A stretch of 64,000 nucleotides of DNA from Octopus bimaculoides (lineage: Eukaryota). The notes below the pieces were generated by a model, which was not told the origin of the DNA, did not search any database, and worked only from the letters and a program-made list of their open reading frames with translations. Both the position numbers and the translations under genes were made by a program. The stretch covers positions 29,775,792 through 29,839,791 of the forward strand of contig NC_068992.1 in assembly GCF_001194135.2 (NCBI RefSeq), given 5' to 3'. Every line of letters begins with the position of its first letter. The stretch's first letter is position 1. Of this stretch, positions 39,301 through 53,377 are shown in pieces.

Positions 39301-39629
39301 CATGGGTGCACCAAACCTCACGTGTGCGTATGCTTGTATGACCGAGTGTACTCGCGCTATAGAGCTTGCCCGAGAGCATTTATACATCCATACCAATTAA
39401 CGGTTATTTCTGATACTTTTCTCGCTGGATTGCATGTTCGTTTCTCTTTCTGTCATATGTGACATATAAATGAAGATATTTCCTCCGTCTGGCTGCTTTT
39501 ACCTCTCCAAAACGGAAAGTTACATTCCGGAACAATCATTTTAACGAGTTATATCACCCGACGAGATACATCTGCACCACCGGATGCTCCTGAACCAGTT
39601 GGTCAGTGCCCCACCCAAGAGGAATCGAT

Positions 39630-39700
39630 GGTAGATGTGTCGAAACGATTGTCGTGATTAATAATAAATTCTCGTATATTCTATCTTCTGTCTTTCATTT
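39630..39700 (+). repeat. Dispersed repeat end related to 33831-33885, followed by (TA)n
   Basis: GATGTGTCGAAACGATTGTCGTGATTAAT vs GATGGGTCGAAACGATCGTTGTGATTAAT. Confidence 0.7.
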
Positions 39701-39713
39701 GCTATATATATAT

Positions 39714-39748
<35 letters not shown>

Positions 39749-39994
39749 AACGTTATCGAACAAGCATACACAAGGTATGTATTTTGCTAGTTCGTGGGCA
39801 AGTTGCGCTTATACGCGTAAGAGAATATATCCTTATCAATGTGCCTGGTGTAAAAGCACTTGGAAGTTATAAATGAGCGATTTAGCTCCCACCGGGTCCA
39901 ATTCAGGAACAATACATATCAATGTTTCATCATTTTTGTTACTTCTCAATGCCTCGTACCTCAAAGAGGCGAGATACAAGCCAAGTCGATGTGC

Positions 39995-40042
39995 ATGACC
40001 ATATGTAAAATGGTATATATGACCATATGTAAAATGGTATAT
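39995..40042 (+). repeat. Perfect 24-bp tandem duplication
   Basis: ATGACCATATGTAAAATGGTATAT x2. Confidence 0.9.
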
Positions 40043-40427
40043 AAACAATCTCCTGTATGTTCCAAAGTTACATATCAACACGCCCGAAAACACACACATG
40101 TGCGCACGCAAATGCCCATATACACCTACTCTGTGCTCCCTTCTACCACCCCACATGAGGAAAACCACCCGTAAAACTTTACAGGATGACAAGCGAATTT
40201 CAGCAGATCTCAGATCGATATCACTGTGTATGCCTGTGCGGGTGTGTGTGTAGTTGTATGTGTGTGGGTGTGTATACATAAACATGACCTAGAGGTCAGG
40301 CTGTTGCATTGACGGTTGTTACATTGTGTGTTCGTTTACCTGATCGGGTGGCGCATTCTGTTTTTGAGCAAAACGCTTCATTTCACGTTGCTCCAGGCCC
40401 CCTTTCGATCAAGGTGGAATGTTCATA

Positions 40428-40616
40428 AAGTGTTTCACGTCCATAAAGTGCATAGCCTTACGGTGTTGTTTCAGGCCATAATGGCCAGTGAATCTCTTGA
40501 AAATAGAGATAGAAAAGACTTCGTATCTTCTATTTTCGAGAGAGTCCATAGGCCAAGGGTCATTAGGGTCTGAGGAAACGACTTAAAGCTAAGCACTTTA
40601 TGAACATGAAACCCTT
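40428..40616. repeat. Imperfect palindrome (about 85-90 bp arms)
   Basis: AAGTGTTTCACGTCCATAAAGTGCATAGCC...CTTGAAAATAGAG vs reverse complement AAGGGTTTCATGTTCATAAAGTGCTTAGCT...CTCGAAAATAGAAG. Confidence 0.7.
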
Positions 40617-41858
40617 GGTAACCCCATAGATCGGCCTTACCTTTCTTTATCTCTACTGCTCTATAACTCAGAGGGCGTTTGTATTTCAGATGTATGATAT
40701 ATATATATATATANNNNNNNNNNNNNNNNNNNNNNNNNNNNNNNNNNNNNNNNNNNNNNNNNNNNNNNNNNNNNNNNNNNNNNNNNNNNNNNNNNNNNNN
40801 NNNNNNNNNNNNNNNNNNNNNNNNNNNNNNNNNNNNNNNNNNNNNNNNNNNNNNNNNNNNNNNNNNNNNNNNNNNNNNNNNNNNNNNNNNNNNNNNNNNN
40901 NNNNNNNNNNNNNNNNNNNATATATACATACATATATATACATATATGAAAGTGTCATTTTGACTGTGCTTGTCCCCCACAGTCGGTGTGGGTGTAGTAG
41001 TTCGGCAAAAAATCCCTATGTAAACTACCTGCCTCAAAAAAAGTACTTAGGTTAATTTATGTGTGTGGCTGTTTCACTAACTTCGTTACATCGTGTGTTC
41101 GTTTACCTGACCATCTGACGTATTTTGTTTTTGAGCAAAACGCAAAGCAGTGACCAAGCACGGCCACAGTATAGGGACTGAAACAAGTGAAAGATATATT
41201 TTTGAATATAGTTATCTCTGTATTAATATATGCAGCCTCACACACACTCACACACACGGACACACACACACACTCAAACAGATTTGTATAAATGCTTACA
41301 TAAACAGGCATATGTGTGTGAAGGGTGCATCACGTTATATCTTCAGCAGAAATGTTTCTTATTTTTCATAACTGAAAGAAAGGCGAACACATGTGCAATA
41401 CTGACGCATTCATCTGTTAGTGCTTATGTGAGTGTTTGAGCGTGTGTGTTTGTGTGAGTATATAGAAATTCACATGTTGGCAAAGGGAAATTGCAATATT
41501 GCTTATAATTCCCTATATGTAACGAAATAAATATTTATTGAATCAGCACAATGAATGAGAAGGGGATTGTATGTATAACAAATTGACAATACACTAAATC
41601 ATAACACAATGTTTGCAATTGCGGATATGTAAAACAAGCAGCAATGACTTCGTAAGTCGTAAATTCCTCGTAAACATGGGACCCAAAAGCATTCATCTAC
41701 ATATGCATATATGTATTTATTTAGGCATGGATATACGTTCATTTATCAATATGTTGTTCTGTTTTATATCTAAATATGTAACTGCTACACGCACACACTC
41801 ACACACCCGTGCCCACATATACGCACGCATTCACTCATACACACACATGTATATTGTC

Positions 41859-41906
<48 letters not shown>

Positions 41907-42325
41907 TACACAAATATACTACACATATATAAATGTTTATAGATATGCATTTATATATGCATGCATATTATATATATGGTTATATGTATACACACACATA
42001 CACATAGACGTGTATAATGCACACACCAAATATATATTTGTGCGCGTGTGTGTCTGTGTGTGTGTATGTGAGTGCGCGCGAGTGGGTGTACGTGATGGAT
42101 TCTCTTTTCTGCATAAATTTTCAATTACTACAGGTTTTGTATAGGATTATATTTCAATAGAAGTGCTCCATAGTAACATAACCTCTTAGTAATTTGCGTT
42201 GTATGTTGAGATGAATCAATTTTCTTAAATTCTGCTCGTGTGTTAAATTGAGTTATTGAAATCAATCAATCATTATATGTATATATATACATAAATATAC
42301 ATATCTGCATATATATGTATGTACG

Positions 42326-42356
<31 letters not shown>

Positions 42357-43079
42357 NNNNNNNNNNNNNNNNNNNNNNNNNNNNNNNNNNNNNNNNNNNN
42401 NNNNNNNNNNNNNNNNNNNNNNNNNNNNNNNNNNNNNNNNNNNNNNNNNNNNNNNNNNNNNNNNNNNNNNNNNNNNNNNNNNNNNNNNNNNNNNNNNNNN
42501 NNNNNNNNNNNNNNNNNNNNNNNNNNNNNNNNNNNNNNNNNNNNNNNNNNNNNNNNNNNNNNNNNNNNNNNNNNNNNNNNNNNNNNNNNNNNNNNNNNNN
42601 NNNNNNNNNNNNNNNNNNNNNNNNNNNNNNNNNNNNNNNNNNNNNNNNNNNNNNNNNNNNNCTAAGGTTTATTCTCTCAACCAATTCTTCTTGAGATCGT
42701 TCAGGATGGAGTGGTGTCGGGGGCATGCTAAGCTTTGTACTACATATCATTGTGGTGAAAAAGTAATGGCGCTTTAAAATAATATCTTTATTGATTCATA
42801 AACTTATCTTATGCAAAATATCAAACAGCATAATATGTATATGTTAATACATGCATACATGCATACATACATACATACATACATGCATACATACATATAA
42901 ACACACACGTACATATATAACTATTTAGACTTTATATCAATCTACGTGCATATATACGTATATATATATACATACTTATACATATAGATAGATATAAATA
43001 CAAATATAAATATGCATATATGCGAAAACACAAACACACAAGTACATGTTTGTGTGTGAGTGCGTGTGTAAGATGTTAG

Positions 43080-43081
<2 letters not shown>

Positions 43082-43162
<81 letters not shown>
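43082..43162 (+). repeat. (TA)n microsatellite
   Basis: Direct reading. Confidence 0.95.
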
Positions 43163-43166
<4 letters not shown>

Positions 43167-43687
43167 CAGATATAAAAGAGTACGAAAACGTATATAAGGA
43201 AAAACAAAATCATTACTAAGCATAAGAATATTCTTCAATAAATATGTGAAAAAGAATTTCTTTTTTATATATGAAATTGTAAATATACAACCATGAAGAA
43301 ATGGGAATAAATGAAAGTTGTGTGTGAGCCTTTATTCAGGTTTCGAAAGACGAGAAGTTGGGCTTCGCTGTTTTGCGATTCCCATTGGTATAAAAACGTA
43401 GCATTCGGAATAATAGCAGTAACTGTGTTACAGAATTTAAGAGGAAATTATACAGCGGATCAGAAGAAATATTCTAGCTGTAACCGATTTAGTAGCATGG
43501 GTTACACCAAGAATTCGGTACAAATGTTGTTTAATATGAACATTAATAAAATTGTGTAATATGAATATTATTTAAAATATAGTTTTGATGCCTCAATGTA
43601 ATGATTCTGCATATATGTAAGCAATTATCTATCTATCTGTCTATCTATACATATATGTGTGCATGTATACATACATACATACATACA

Positions 43688-43768
<81 letters not shown>

Positions 43769-43769
43769 T

Positions 43770-44246
43770 CTTTACTCTCCTTTACTCTTTCACTTGTTTC
43801 AGTAATTTTGACTACGGCCATGCTGGAGCACCGCCTTTAATCGAATAAATCGACCTCAGGACTTATTTTTCGTAAGTCTAGTACTTAGTCAATCGCACTT
43901 TTTTGCCGAACCACTAAGTTACGGGGACGTAAACGAACAAGCGAAGTTTGCTTTTAGAACCGTTGAGATGTCTTAGAAATTTAAAGAAGTGATTTTTAAA
44001 TTCTCAAACGCAGGATAATGCTGATAGTATAGCCTGAGCAGGATTAGCTACCCCCTATTTTGCTGAAAAAACTGTTGACGGCCGACGGGCTTCTTTTAGT
44101 TTCCGTCTACCAAATCCACTCACAAGGCTTTGGTTGGCCCGAGGCTATAGTAGAAGACACTTGTCCAAGGTACCACGAAGTGGGAATGAACCCGGAACCA
44201 TGTGATTTGTAAGCCAGCTGCTTACACACAGCCACTCCTGCGCCTA
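43770..44246 (-). mobile_element. tRNA-derived SINE (third family), head and tail preserved
   Basis: Minus 5' ATAGGCGCAGGAGTGGCTGTGTGTAAGCAGC...GGTTCCGGGTTCATTCCCACT (A/B-box-like); 3' end ...CAGCATGGCCGTAGTCAAAATTACTGAAACAAGTGAAAGAGTAAAG abutting (TA)n. Confidence 0.75.
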
Positions 44247-44341
44247 TATATATATTTCCCTCCCTCTATCATATCCTCTCTCACTGTCTCTGTATCTATC
44301 TGTATATCAAGATCTATGTACTTAAATGTAGAACATATATA

Positions 44342-44911
44342 TTGGCTTGTCCAGAAGGTTCATGCCGATTTATAGTAGCTTACCTTTCGACTTATTTTAG
44401 AACATGGTTGAGTCCATAAAATAGGATTTGACTTCACCTCCATTTAGTGCACAATTTATGTTCCTATAACATGTGTTAATTCTGTAACCCTTTAAAATGG
44501 AAGATACGAAAGTTCATTTTCGGCACTTGATGCTTTTCTTATTTAGTAAAGGTAAAAATACCTCACAAGCAACCAAAGAAATATGCGCAGTTTACAGTGA
44601 TGTTTCTTTATCCGAAAAAAACTGTACGGAAGTGGTTCACAAAGTTCCTAGCTGGAGATTGTAGCTTTATTGATAAAAAGGAGATCAGGCAGACCATCCA
44701 CAACATATGATGACCAAATCAAGTCATTAATTGAGAATAACCCACATTGCACAACCCGAGAATTGGCAGAAAACCTCAACCTATCAAAATCCGTCGTTCA
44801 TGAGCACCTGGTAAAGCTTGGGTACTCAAATCGCTACGATGTTTGGGTACCGCATGAGTTGAGTGAGAGGAAACTTTTGGAAAATCAGCACCTACTTCCC
44901 GGACAACCCAA
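44342..44911 (+). mobile_element. Internally deleted mariner (570 bp): both TIRs, N-terminal HTH region only
   Basis: TA|TTGGCTTGTCCAGAAG ... CTTCCCGGACAACCCAA|TA; ATG at 44497 MEDTKVHFRHLMLF...RKWF..., RSGRPS..., YDVWVPHELSE, then directly the 3' TIR; no DDD domain. Confidence 0.9.
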
Positions 44912-44979
44912 TATATATATATATATGCATTTAATGATCTTTATACAGGTATACATACATACATACATACATACATACA

Positions 44980-45514
44980 ATGATTTGGGATACTGAAGAG
45001 AAACTGTGTACATTTGTGGAAAGTAGCTGCGCAGCAAATTTTATCTTATAGCTGAAGATCAGTTTAAAAGATAATACCTACGCTAAGCTATTGAGAAATC
45101 TGCAGTTATTCTATCCAGACTACAAGTTCAGGTATATACCTGTAATTATTGGGGCAATGGGATATGTAACACATTGCCTAAATAAAATCTCGAGAAATTA
45201 GGCTTCTCAAAACCAGAAAAGGGGAAGAGAATTCGAAGACAACAGATCCAATCTATAACTGGAATTGTAAAAATCTGTAAGACTTTTCAGAAGTTTATCA
45301 TTTAAGCCTATATGAGCATGCCTAGATATGCAAGTATATGGATGATACGACATGTATAAAACAAAACATACGAATCTGCACGTATAAATAAATACAAAAC
45401 GACCCTGTTGATGCAGCTGACGTTCCAGTGAAGTAGCCTTCGATCTAGATTGGAAACTGGCTCTTTCTCTATTCGCGAGAAATCTTGAAATAAACTTAAT
45501 AATGATATACATAC
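44980..45514 (+). mobile_element. R4/Dong-like LINE, copy 3: 5'-truncated REL endonuclease tail and 3'UTR
   Basis: EEKLCTFVE...YAKLLRNLQLFYPDYKFRYIPVIIGAMGYVTHCL; aligns to 460-1010 on the opposite strand; preceded by (CATA)n at 44951-44979; ends AATAATGATATACATAC. Confidence 0.9.
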
Positions 45515-45707
45515 AAATATAAGTGTGTGTGTGAGTGTGTGAACGCGTGTGTGTGCGTGTGTGTGAGTGTGTGTGAGTGTGTGTGTCTGGTGTAGTACAG
45601 TATCACACATATGTATATTACGCATATTTATACATATCAATATCCACAAGCACCTAAGCCTGTATGTCTGCGTATGTGTACACATACATAGATATATATG
45701 TATATAC

Positions 45708-45749
<42 letters not shown>

Positions 45750-46861
45750 CTATGCACTTATTCATATACAAATTTATATCCATATTTATTATATGTGTCT
45801 TATTTACACGGCAGTTATGATTAGATGTTATTACTTCTGTTTCTTCCTTGATGAAATGATTTATTCATCTCATTCAATTGTATCATTTGTGCAAAATTAC
45901 GTAAGGATCTTATAATCACTGAAGTTTTGATTATGAGCCGTTGAAACACCTAAAGATCATGATAATGGAATTTTGAAATACGATTCCCATCTTGGTTACG
46001 TACTTTTCTACACATTTTGCCTGTTACGTTTCTGTTAGTAACATTTTATACGTTACAAACACTATACTGCTATGGATACTGTATTATAATGGTAAATTAT
46101 TGTCATTTATTGTCTTGTCAATTTATTGTCTTGCCACTGTATCACTTAAGCACACAGTGTTCAAAATAAGAGCTACTAGTAGTGTTTTTGTCGTAAAGAC
46201 TCTGAAATTAGACAGATTTATATGGCGTGCGTTGTATCTCCAAGCAATGAGGTTAAATCTGCTTAATCTCAGTATATCTATGACTAGAAACTATTAGCAA
46301 TATATTCTAAATGCTGTGTACATTAAATGATATTTATCTCTCAGTAGATGGAGTACTTTATTTTGTTGATCCTACCTTAATGGATCCGTAAACTGTATGT
46401 GGGTGCTCACATGTGTTTGGGTGTCATGTGTACTTCTGTGTATTAGTGTGTGTATGTGTATAATACTTTCTTCACAATTTGAGTACACTACCATCGTGGT
46501 ATCTGCCGGGAATATTTTCCCATAGCTTTATTTATTTATTCTTTTTGTATCCGTTACTTTGTTTTTTTATGATTCCCATTTTTAAAAGGTATCATGAATA
46601 AGCACTAATACACACACACATAAAGATAGGTGTTTAACGACATATAAATATGTAAGAACACCTGCATTCATATGTACCCTTCAATACATATGTATACCTC
46701 TTCACTTCTAGGTCCATACCTCTATGGAAAAAAGATGTCATCTAGGTGTATTTAGTTGGTACATATACATAGATATACAGGTGAATGTGGGTATATACCT
46801 ATACTTATATGTTTTAATTCTGATTTACGCCTTGTGACAAATTAAATAAGTTTTCTCTATA

Positions 46862-47087
46862 GACATTCCTTTCTACCCTAGGCACAAGGCTTGAAATTTT
46901 TGGGGAGTAGTGGGGTAGTCGATTAGATCGACCCCAGTACACAACTGGTACTTACTTTGTCGACCCCGAAAGGATGAAAGGCAAAGTCGACCTCGGCGGA
47001 ATTTAAACTCAGAACGTAAAGACAGACAAAATACCGCAAAGCCTTTCGCCCGTGGTGCTAATTGTTCTGCCAGCTTGCCGGCTTAAT
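46862..47087 (-). mobile_element. Well-preserved tRNA-derived SINE
   Basis: Minus: GGCAAGCTGGCAGAACAATTAGC (A-box-like)...GTTCTGAGTTTAAATTCC (B-box-like)...GAGGTCGACTTTGCCTTTCATCCTTTCGGGGTCGAC...GCCTTGTGCCT. Confidence 0.8.
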
Positions 47088-47607
47088 GAAACCTAAATAT
47101 TATAACACAACGGCATTCGATATTCAAGTCATGTAGATTAGCTAATAGAAAAACTTCTGTCAACAAAATTTTAGCCTGAATATGTCACAACTTTTGCATG
47201 GACCCTACAAAATCACAACGCTGACAATGTTGACACCCACTTTACATAGGAGTGCGACAGAGCACAAAGATTGAAGAACCCTTAATTTATAAAAGAAGAA
47301 TAAGTATTTGCAGCATACATTCTTCTAGACTCAATGACTAAAAACATATTTCCCGCTTTCCCTTCTTTATTCCTCTTTCAAAACATCGATTTCTACTTCA
47401 TGTTTAATATCATGTCTGACTCTGGCTTATCTTCCTCACTAACTAAAAAAACCTACAAGAAAAACACCATACATAAGACGTCAAAGCCGAAGGACATTAC
47501 AATCTGATGACGATTAGTATGCTAAAACTTCGAAGTTACGGTTACCAGTTCATTTTAAAAAATTATACATCCATATACTTGATGCGCACATACATATTTG
47601 ATATACA

Positions 47608-48764
47608 CAGGGTGTTTTAGCTAGATACGACAGTTTGAATAAAAGGAAAAGAAAACATAATATCCCATCCAAAAATAAATGTATTTTTACAAATCAAAAA
47701 ATATTGATTAGATTATTGCTGCGAGATAACTGTTTAACCATAGTTGCCGCCCTTAGCTTTCACCAATGCCTCAAGGCAGTCCTGGATATTGGCGTGTGCG
47801 TCTCCCACGCTTTCTTTGGGATTATCTTTGAATAGCTTAACCTTGGTGTTGCAGGCATAAACGTTAGTGTCTTTCTCAACCGCCGCCCACGCATAGTAAT
47901 ACAAGTGATTATAATTATGAGAATTAGGAGGCCAGAAATTCGCGCGGATAAAGTCGTAGAAATTCTTCAACAACCACTTCAGATGCTTTCCGGAGATATG
48001 GCCTCATGGCGAATCCTGGCCTTCCAGCAGCAAAACTCTCCAGTCAGATAGCCGTTTGAATTGTGCATCAAGACGTGGAGCGGCATGACATCACTCTCAG
48101 TGGAAACACACACAAGGGTCACAACAGTTTACAAAAACTTGGTTTTCATAACACTTTGGACATCACATGGATTGTAGGCAAGCCACATGTTGTCCTGGGT
48201 CTTGTGCCACTGATCCTGGATGACGTACTTTTTTATTTGAGAGGAACCAGATCATCCCTGGCTCGACAGGATGCTTCAGTTTATTTGGGAACTTCTTTCA
48301 CTTCGTGAAGCTGTTCTCCTTAGCCTCGGCTGTAAGAATTTTACGCTTTTTGTGCGAGTTGTAGTGAAGGTGCTCATTCAGAGCCAGCTTCACAGTGGCA
48401 CCTCCAGCACCCACCTCTCTCGCAAAAAAAATATGGATTACTTTGCTCGGATCTTCCCGCTCCTGTGTCCCTTTCAGCTTGCATCGCCTTAGTAGTCTCC
48501 ATTGCAGCTGCCCACGTCACGTCTTACAACCTTTTTAGAGTTAACAAAGCATTGAGTAACATTCATAGTGACGGAATTTTTTTTTTTTTTTTGCTGACGC
48601 GAATCATCATGATACACTTAAATCTTTTCCAACATTTCGAGGGCTTTCAGTCCTCCGTAGCAGCTACCGTTTTCTCAACTACATCATAAACCTTTATACT
48701 CTCAAATGCCGTGTTCTTGAAGAAAGTATACATAAAATCCGTCAAATTTAGCCCGAATACACAG
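47608..48764 (-). mobile_element. maT-type (DD37D) Tc1/mariner relic, decayed and internally deleted
   Basis: NKLKHPVEPGMIWFLSNKK, VMKTKF, DVMP, GQDS, NFWPPNSHNYNHLYYYAWAAVEKDTN; CAGGGTG left terminus and a degenerate right TIR followed by TA. Confidence 0.8.
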
Positions 48765-49029
48765 TAGTTGATTTTAATAATTCAATCTCTGAACTAAAGA
48801 AGTTTATCCGTCACATTGAATGGTTAGTTCATTGTTCCGTTATGTTGGCTTTATTTTACGATTTCCATGTGCTTTATTGAATGATAACCTTATTTGCTAA
48901 TCTGATTATGATGTCTCCCACGAGATAATATCCTATAGTTATCAGTATAGCAAGCATATCCGTTTTGTGGCATTATTACATAATAACTCAACGTAATGTG
49001 TTCGGTCAGGAAAGAAATGCGTTTATATT

Positions 49030-49178
<149 letters not shown>

Positions 49179-49867
49179 TAACCGAGTGTGTGTATGTCTT
49201 TAGGTACTCATATGCTGTGTTGCGTCTTGCAAACTTTTCAATCGGAGTTCCCATAATAGACAGAGTTAACGATTATTGAAAAAGTTGCAAAAAGCAACGA
49301 AAATTTTAGTAAAAATAAAAAGTAAATGAGTGGAAATCGGACCGGTGAGTGTGCTAAATTAATAAGGCACTAAAAGAGAATGACTCTCCCTAGACACAAT
49401 AATATATATATATATGTATCAGTTTGTAGCAGTATGTATGTGAGTGTGTATGAGAAACATATATATCATATATTGTTTTCGATGATAAGATCTACGATCA
49501 TGTAACTAAAAGATATAATTCTTCGGTGTAATGTCATATAAATAGTTATTTTGTTTCCTCTCACATAACCTTGTTTCTATAATATAACCTTCTGGCAGAG
49601 ACAGCTAACAAAATATGATAAGATTGTCTGTTTTAATTGCATAAGCATTCTATTTGGTGAGTTTTCACTTAGTTTTCCTCTATAGAATTTCATTCACATG
49701 CTTTTGATTGGGCCTAAGTTGTGGCATATATTAACCATTTATCGCATATTCACCAGTACAATGTAACAAAAATATATTCGTAAATGAGTCCCCACTTCAC
49801 TGCGAGAAATTTATACTTCATCACTCAAAACACTAGTCCACACAAAGACACTATCCTATCACAAGTG

Positions 49868-49908
<41 letters not shown>

Positions 49909-50475
49909 AAGACTGGCAGAGTGAGACGACAAATGCATTTACGGAAGAAGAGTGAAAATGGATGGACACCACGCACAAAAGTTGCAGAGAATCTCAACCC
50001 GTCATCTGTTGTCAACCAAATATCATTACTGTTCCGAAAGCCTCTGGCAATATTGTTTAATCTAACGCGATGAACAGCATGCATACATACTTATGTACAT
50101 ACATATATATATGCACATACATACACACCACACATATATATTTTTACATACATATATACATATATATGTGCGTGTTTCTGTATGTATGCATGTATGTATG
50201 CAAGCCTGAGGCATAACACTCTTGAACGTCGAATGAATGACCTATAGGATATCGCTGCATAATTTCCATCCATTTTCCCCTTGTACTTTAAGAAAAGACA
50301 GAATAATGCATTTGTTACTAAGAAGATATACAGATTATATCGAAAATAAATTGAGTACTTTTACCAAGAACGTCTCTTGTCGTTATTTTGATTGATATTG
50401 ATTAACTCTGTGATTAGCAAGTACATATAACTACTCACTTGCTATATTATTTTGTATATTTAATGAAAAATATGT

Positions 50476-50506
<31 letters not shown>

Positions 50507-51456
50507 GGGGGGGGGCGCCCATGCGTGTGTGAGCACCCGCGTGTGTGTGTTTGTGTGTGTATGCGTGTATACAGCTGCTGCTCCAATATGAAGGACATTA
50601 TCACGTGTAGTCAGAGCAAAAGCTCACTCCTAGTTGTAACTGTCAAGACCCTAAAGCTTGAACGCTTCAAGTTTGTTTGATAAATGTACTTGTTTATGAA
50701 ACCCAATTTGCAGCTGTGGTCTAAGGCATCATAACTGAGAAAACCAACTACATGCGTTTATACGAAGGTAATTTCAAAAGCTATTATGCAAACTATTATT
50801 TTCCTTTCCGACACATTGATAAATGCAAGGTCAATAAGTTGGCTAAACATGTATGAGATCTGAAGACCAAATACACATCACATCCAATCAAGGGGGGAAT
50901 CATAGACCAATCTACGCGATATATAAATGGATCAAAAAGATCGCAAAACCATTTTTGATTCAAGAATTCCACCGCAATATTTAATTCCAGATCCGAAATT
51001 TTGAGCAAATGCAAGCTAATGGGCAGGTTTATTTGTCGAGCAGGATTGCTTAGCTAATATAATTTCGCCTCTATCACTTATATTATTCTGAAGCAGATAC
51101 ATTAGCTATGATTTCTACAGTCAAAGAGGATTTTTGTCCTTTTCTTATTTTTGTTTTCTTTCTTATCGTTTGGCTTTTTGTTCCTCGTTTTCGCGTTTCT
51201 TTTTTTGTTTTACTTTTCAGTCTTTATCTCATATTTCGCTGAGGCCAGATTTCTGATCTTTTAAAAGATCTAACGTTATGAACTACCCCGAAAGACTGCT
51301 TGAAGATACATGCTTTTTTATATAAATCTAGCAATTCAATATATCTTAAAGCATGTAACTATTTGTAGCTCTTTTGTAATTGTGTACGTTAAATGATGTA
51401 TAAGATATGATATAATATAATATACATACATATAAATATACACATATATACACATA

Positions 51457-51505
<49 letters not shown>

Positions 51506-52047
51506 NNNNNNNNNNNNNNNNNNNNNNNNNNNNNNNNNNNNNNNNNNNNNNNNNNNNNNNNNNNNNNNNNNNNNNNNNNNNNNNNNNNNNNNNNNNNNNN
51601 NNNNNNNNNNNNNNNNNNNNNNNNNNNNNNNNNNNNNNNNNNNNNNNNNNNNNNNNNNNNNNNNNNNNNNNNNNNNNNNNNNNNNNNNNNNNNNNNNNNN
51701 NNNNNNNNNNNNNNNNNNNNNNNNNNNNNNNNNNNNNNNNNNNNNNNNNNNNNNNNNNNNNNNNNNNNNNNNNNNNNNNNNNNNNNNNNNNNNNNNNNNN
51801 NNNNNNNNNNNNNNNNNNNNNNNNNNNNNNNNNNNNNNNNNNNNNNNNNNNNNNNNNNNNNNNNNNNNNNNNNNNNNNNNNNNNNNNNNNNNNNNNNNNN
51901 NNNNNNNNNNNNNNNNNNNNNNNNNNNNNNNNNNNNNNNNNNNNNNNNNNNNNNNNNNNNNNNNNNNNNNNNNNNNNNNNNNNNNNNNNNNNNNNNNNNN
52001 NNNNNNNNNNNNNNNNNNNNNNNNNNNNNNNNNNNNNNNNNNNNNNN

Positions 52048-52115
<68 letters not shown>

Positions 52116-53281
52116 ATATATACGTGTTTGTGTATGTGTGCACTTGCGTGTGTGTATGCGTCTGTGAGTGTGTATTTATATACTAATATAATGTACATAC
52201 ACTCATATGCTTCGCTATATGTGTGTGTGTGTGTGTGTATTTTTGCGTACGTCTATGTGAATTCATTTACAAGAATACTATTTGAAAATATATCTCTGTG
52301 TTATGTACATCACATAAATATCAAGTTTGATTATTAAATAAGAATACATGAGAGCATGAAAATGTTTTCCGATTATTTAATATTGTGAAAGGAATGAAAT
52401 AAATGATCTGAAATATTTGTATATTTTTTTCTAGATGAAGAATATAATAATACGTAAAGACTATCTCATAGATCTAAAATATACTATTATTTTGAATTTT
52501 AGATATATTAATAGCAAGATTTATCAAAAGATCATTCTATTTCGTGAATCTTCTAATACAAGTTTGATTTTTATCAGAACATTGAATCATTTCAAAATCG
52601 CCATTATGATAATAATGGCTTATATTTATTATTAAGTTGAACATCGATGTTCGTTCCTTTTTTCAGTAAAACCGCTCAAGCCATCATCTATTAGTGTCGA
52701 TGCTGCTGCTGCTGTTGTTGATGGTACAGTTATTGTTAAGGTTGCTTTTGTTGTAGCGGTGATGATGATGGTTCCTGTTTTTAAATCGATCATTTCAAAT
52801 TTCAGAGTAAAATACCTAATTTCCTAAAATTGCTGTAGGAATTGCTTTGCCGTAAATATTATTATAAAGAAAGTACCTTATCAGTTTTGCCTTATCCGAT
52901 GGTTTATGATAGTATCAGAGGTCTGGCTGTGTCCGTAAAAATATATCTCGTGAAAGAGCGTTTATCTCAAATTTTATAGCTAATATGTAGTATTCAACTT
53001 CCGATAAGAATTGACTAAATGATTCATTAGCTTGTTTTATTCTCTTTAAGATTTCATCATTGGGTTTACGTGACATCTCCTCTTCCACTCATTCTCTGTC
53101 CCTTCTCTTATTTCTCTTTCAAATCACCAGCACCGCACCAACACCACTAAATACTAAGTTCGTGAAACAATTATTGTTAAATGAGATTTACAAGATCTTG
53201 GTGCATCGCTTAATGTTTATGAACATATCATTATATTTAGGAGACATCAAATCTGAAATACATTCTATTCCATTTCGAATA

Positions 53282-53322
<41 letters not shown>

Positions 53323-53324
53323 GC

Positions 53325-53371
<47 letters not shown>

Positions 53372-53377
<6 letters not shown>

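Noticed and set aside
46862-47087. tRNA gene
   Set aside because: A/B boxes are present but there is no cloverleaf, and multiple diverged copies with a shared tail indicate a SINE.
50760-51020. TACGAAGGT mariner-TIR-like start
   Set aside because: No matching second TIR or transposase motif.
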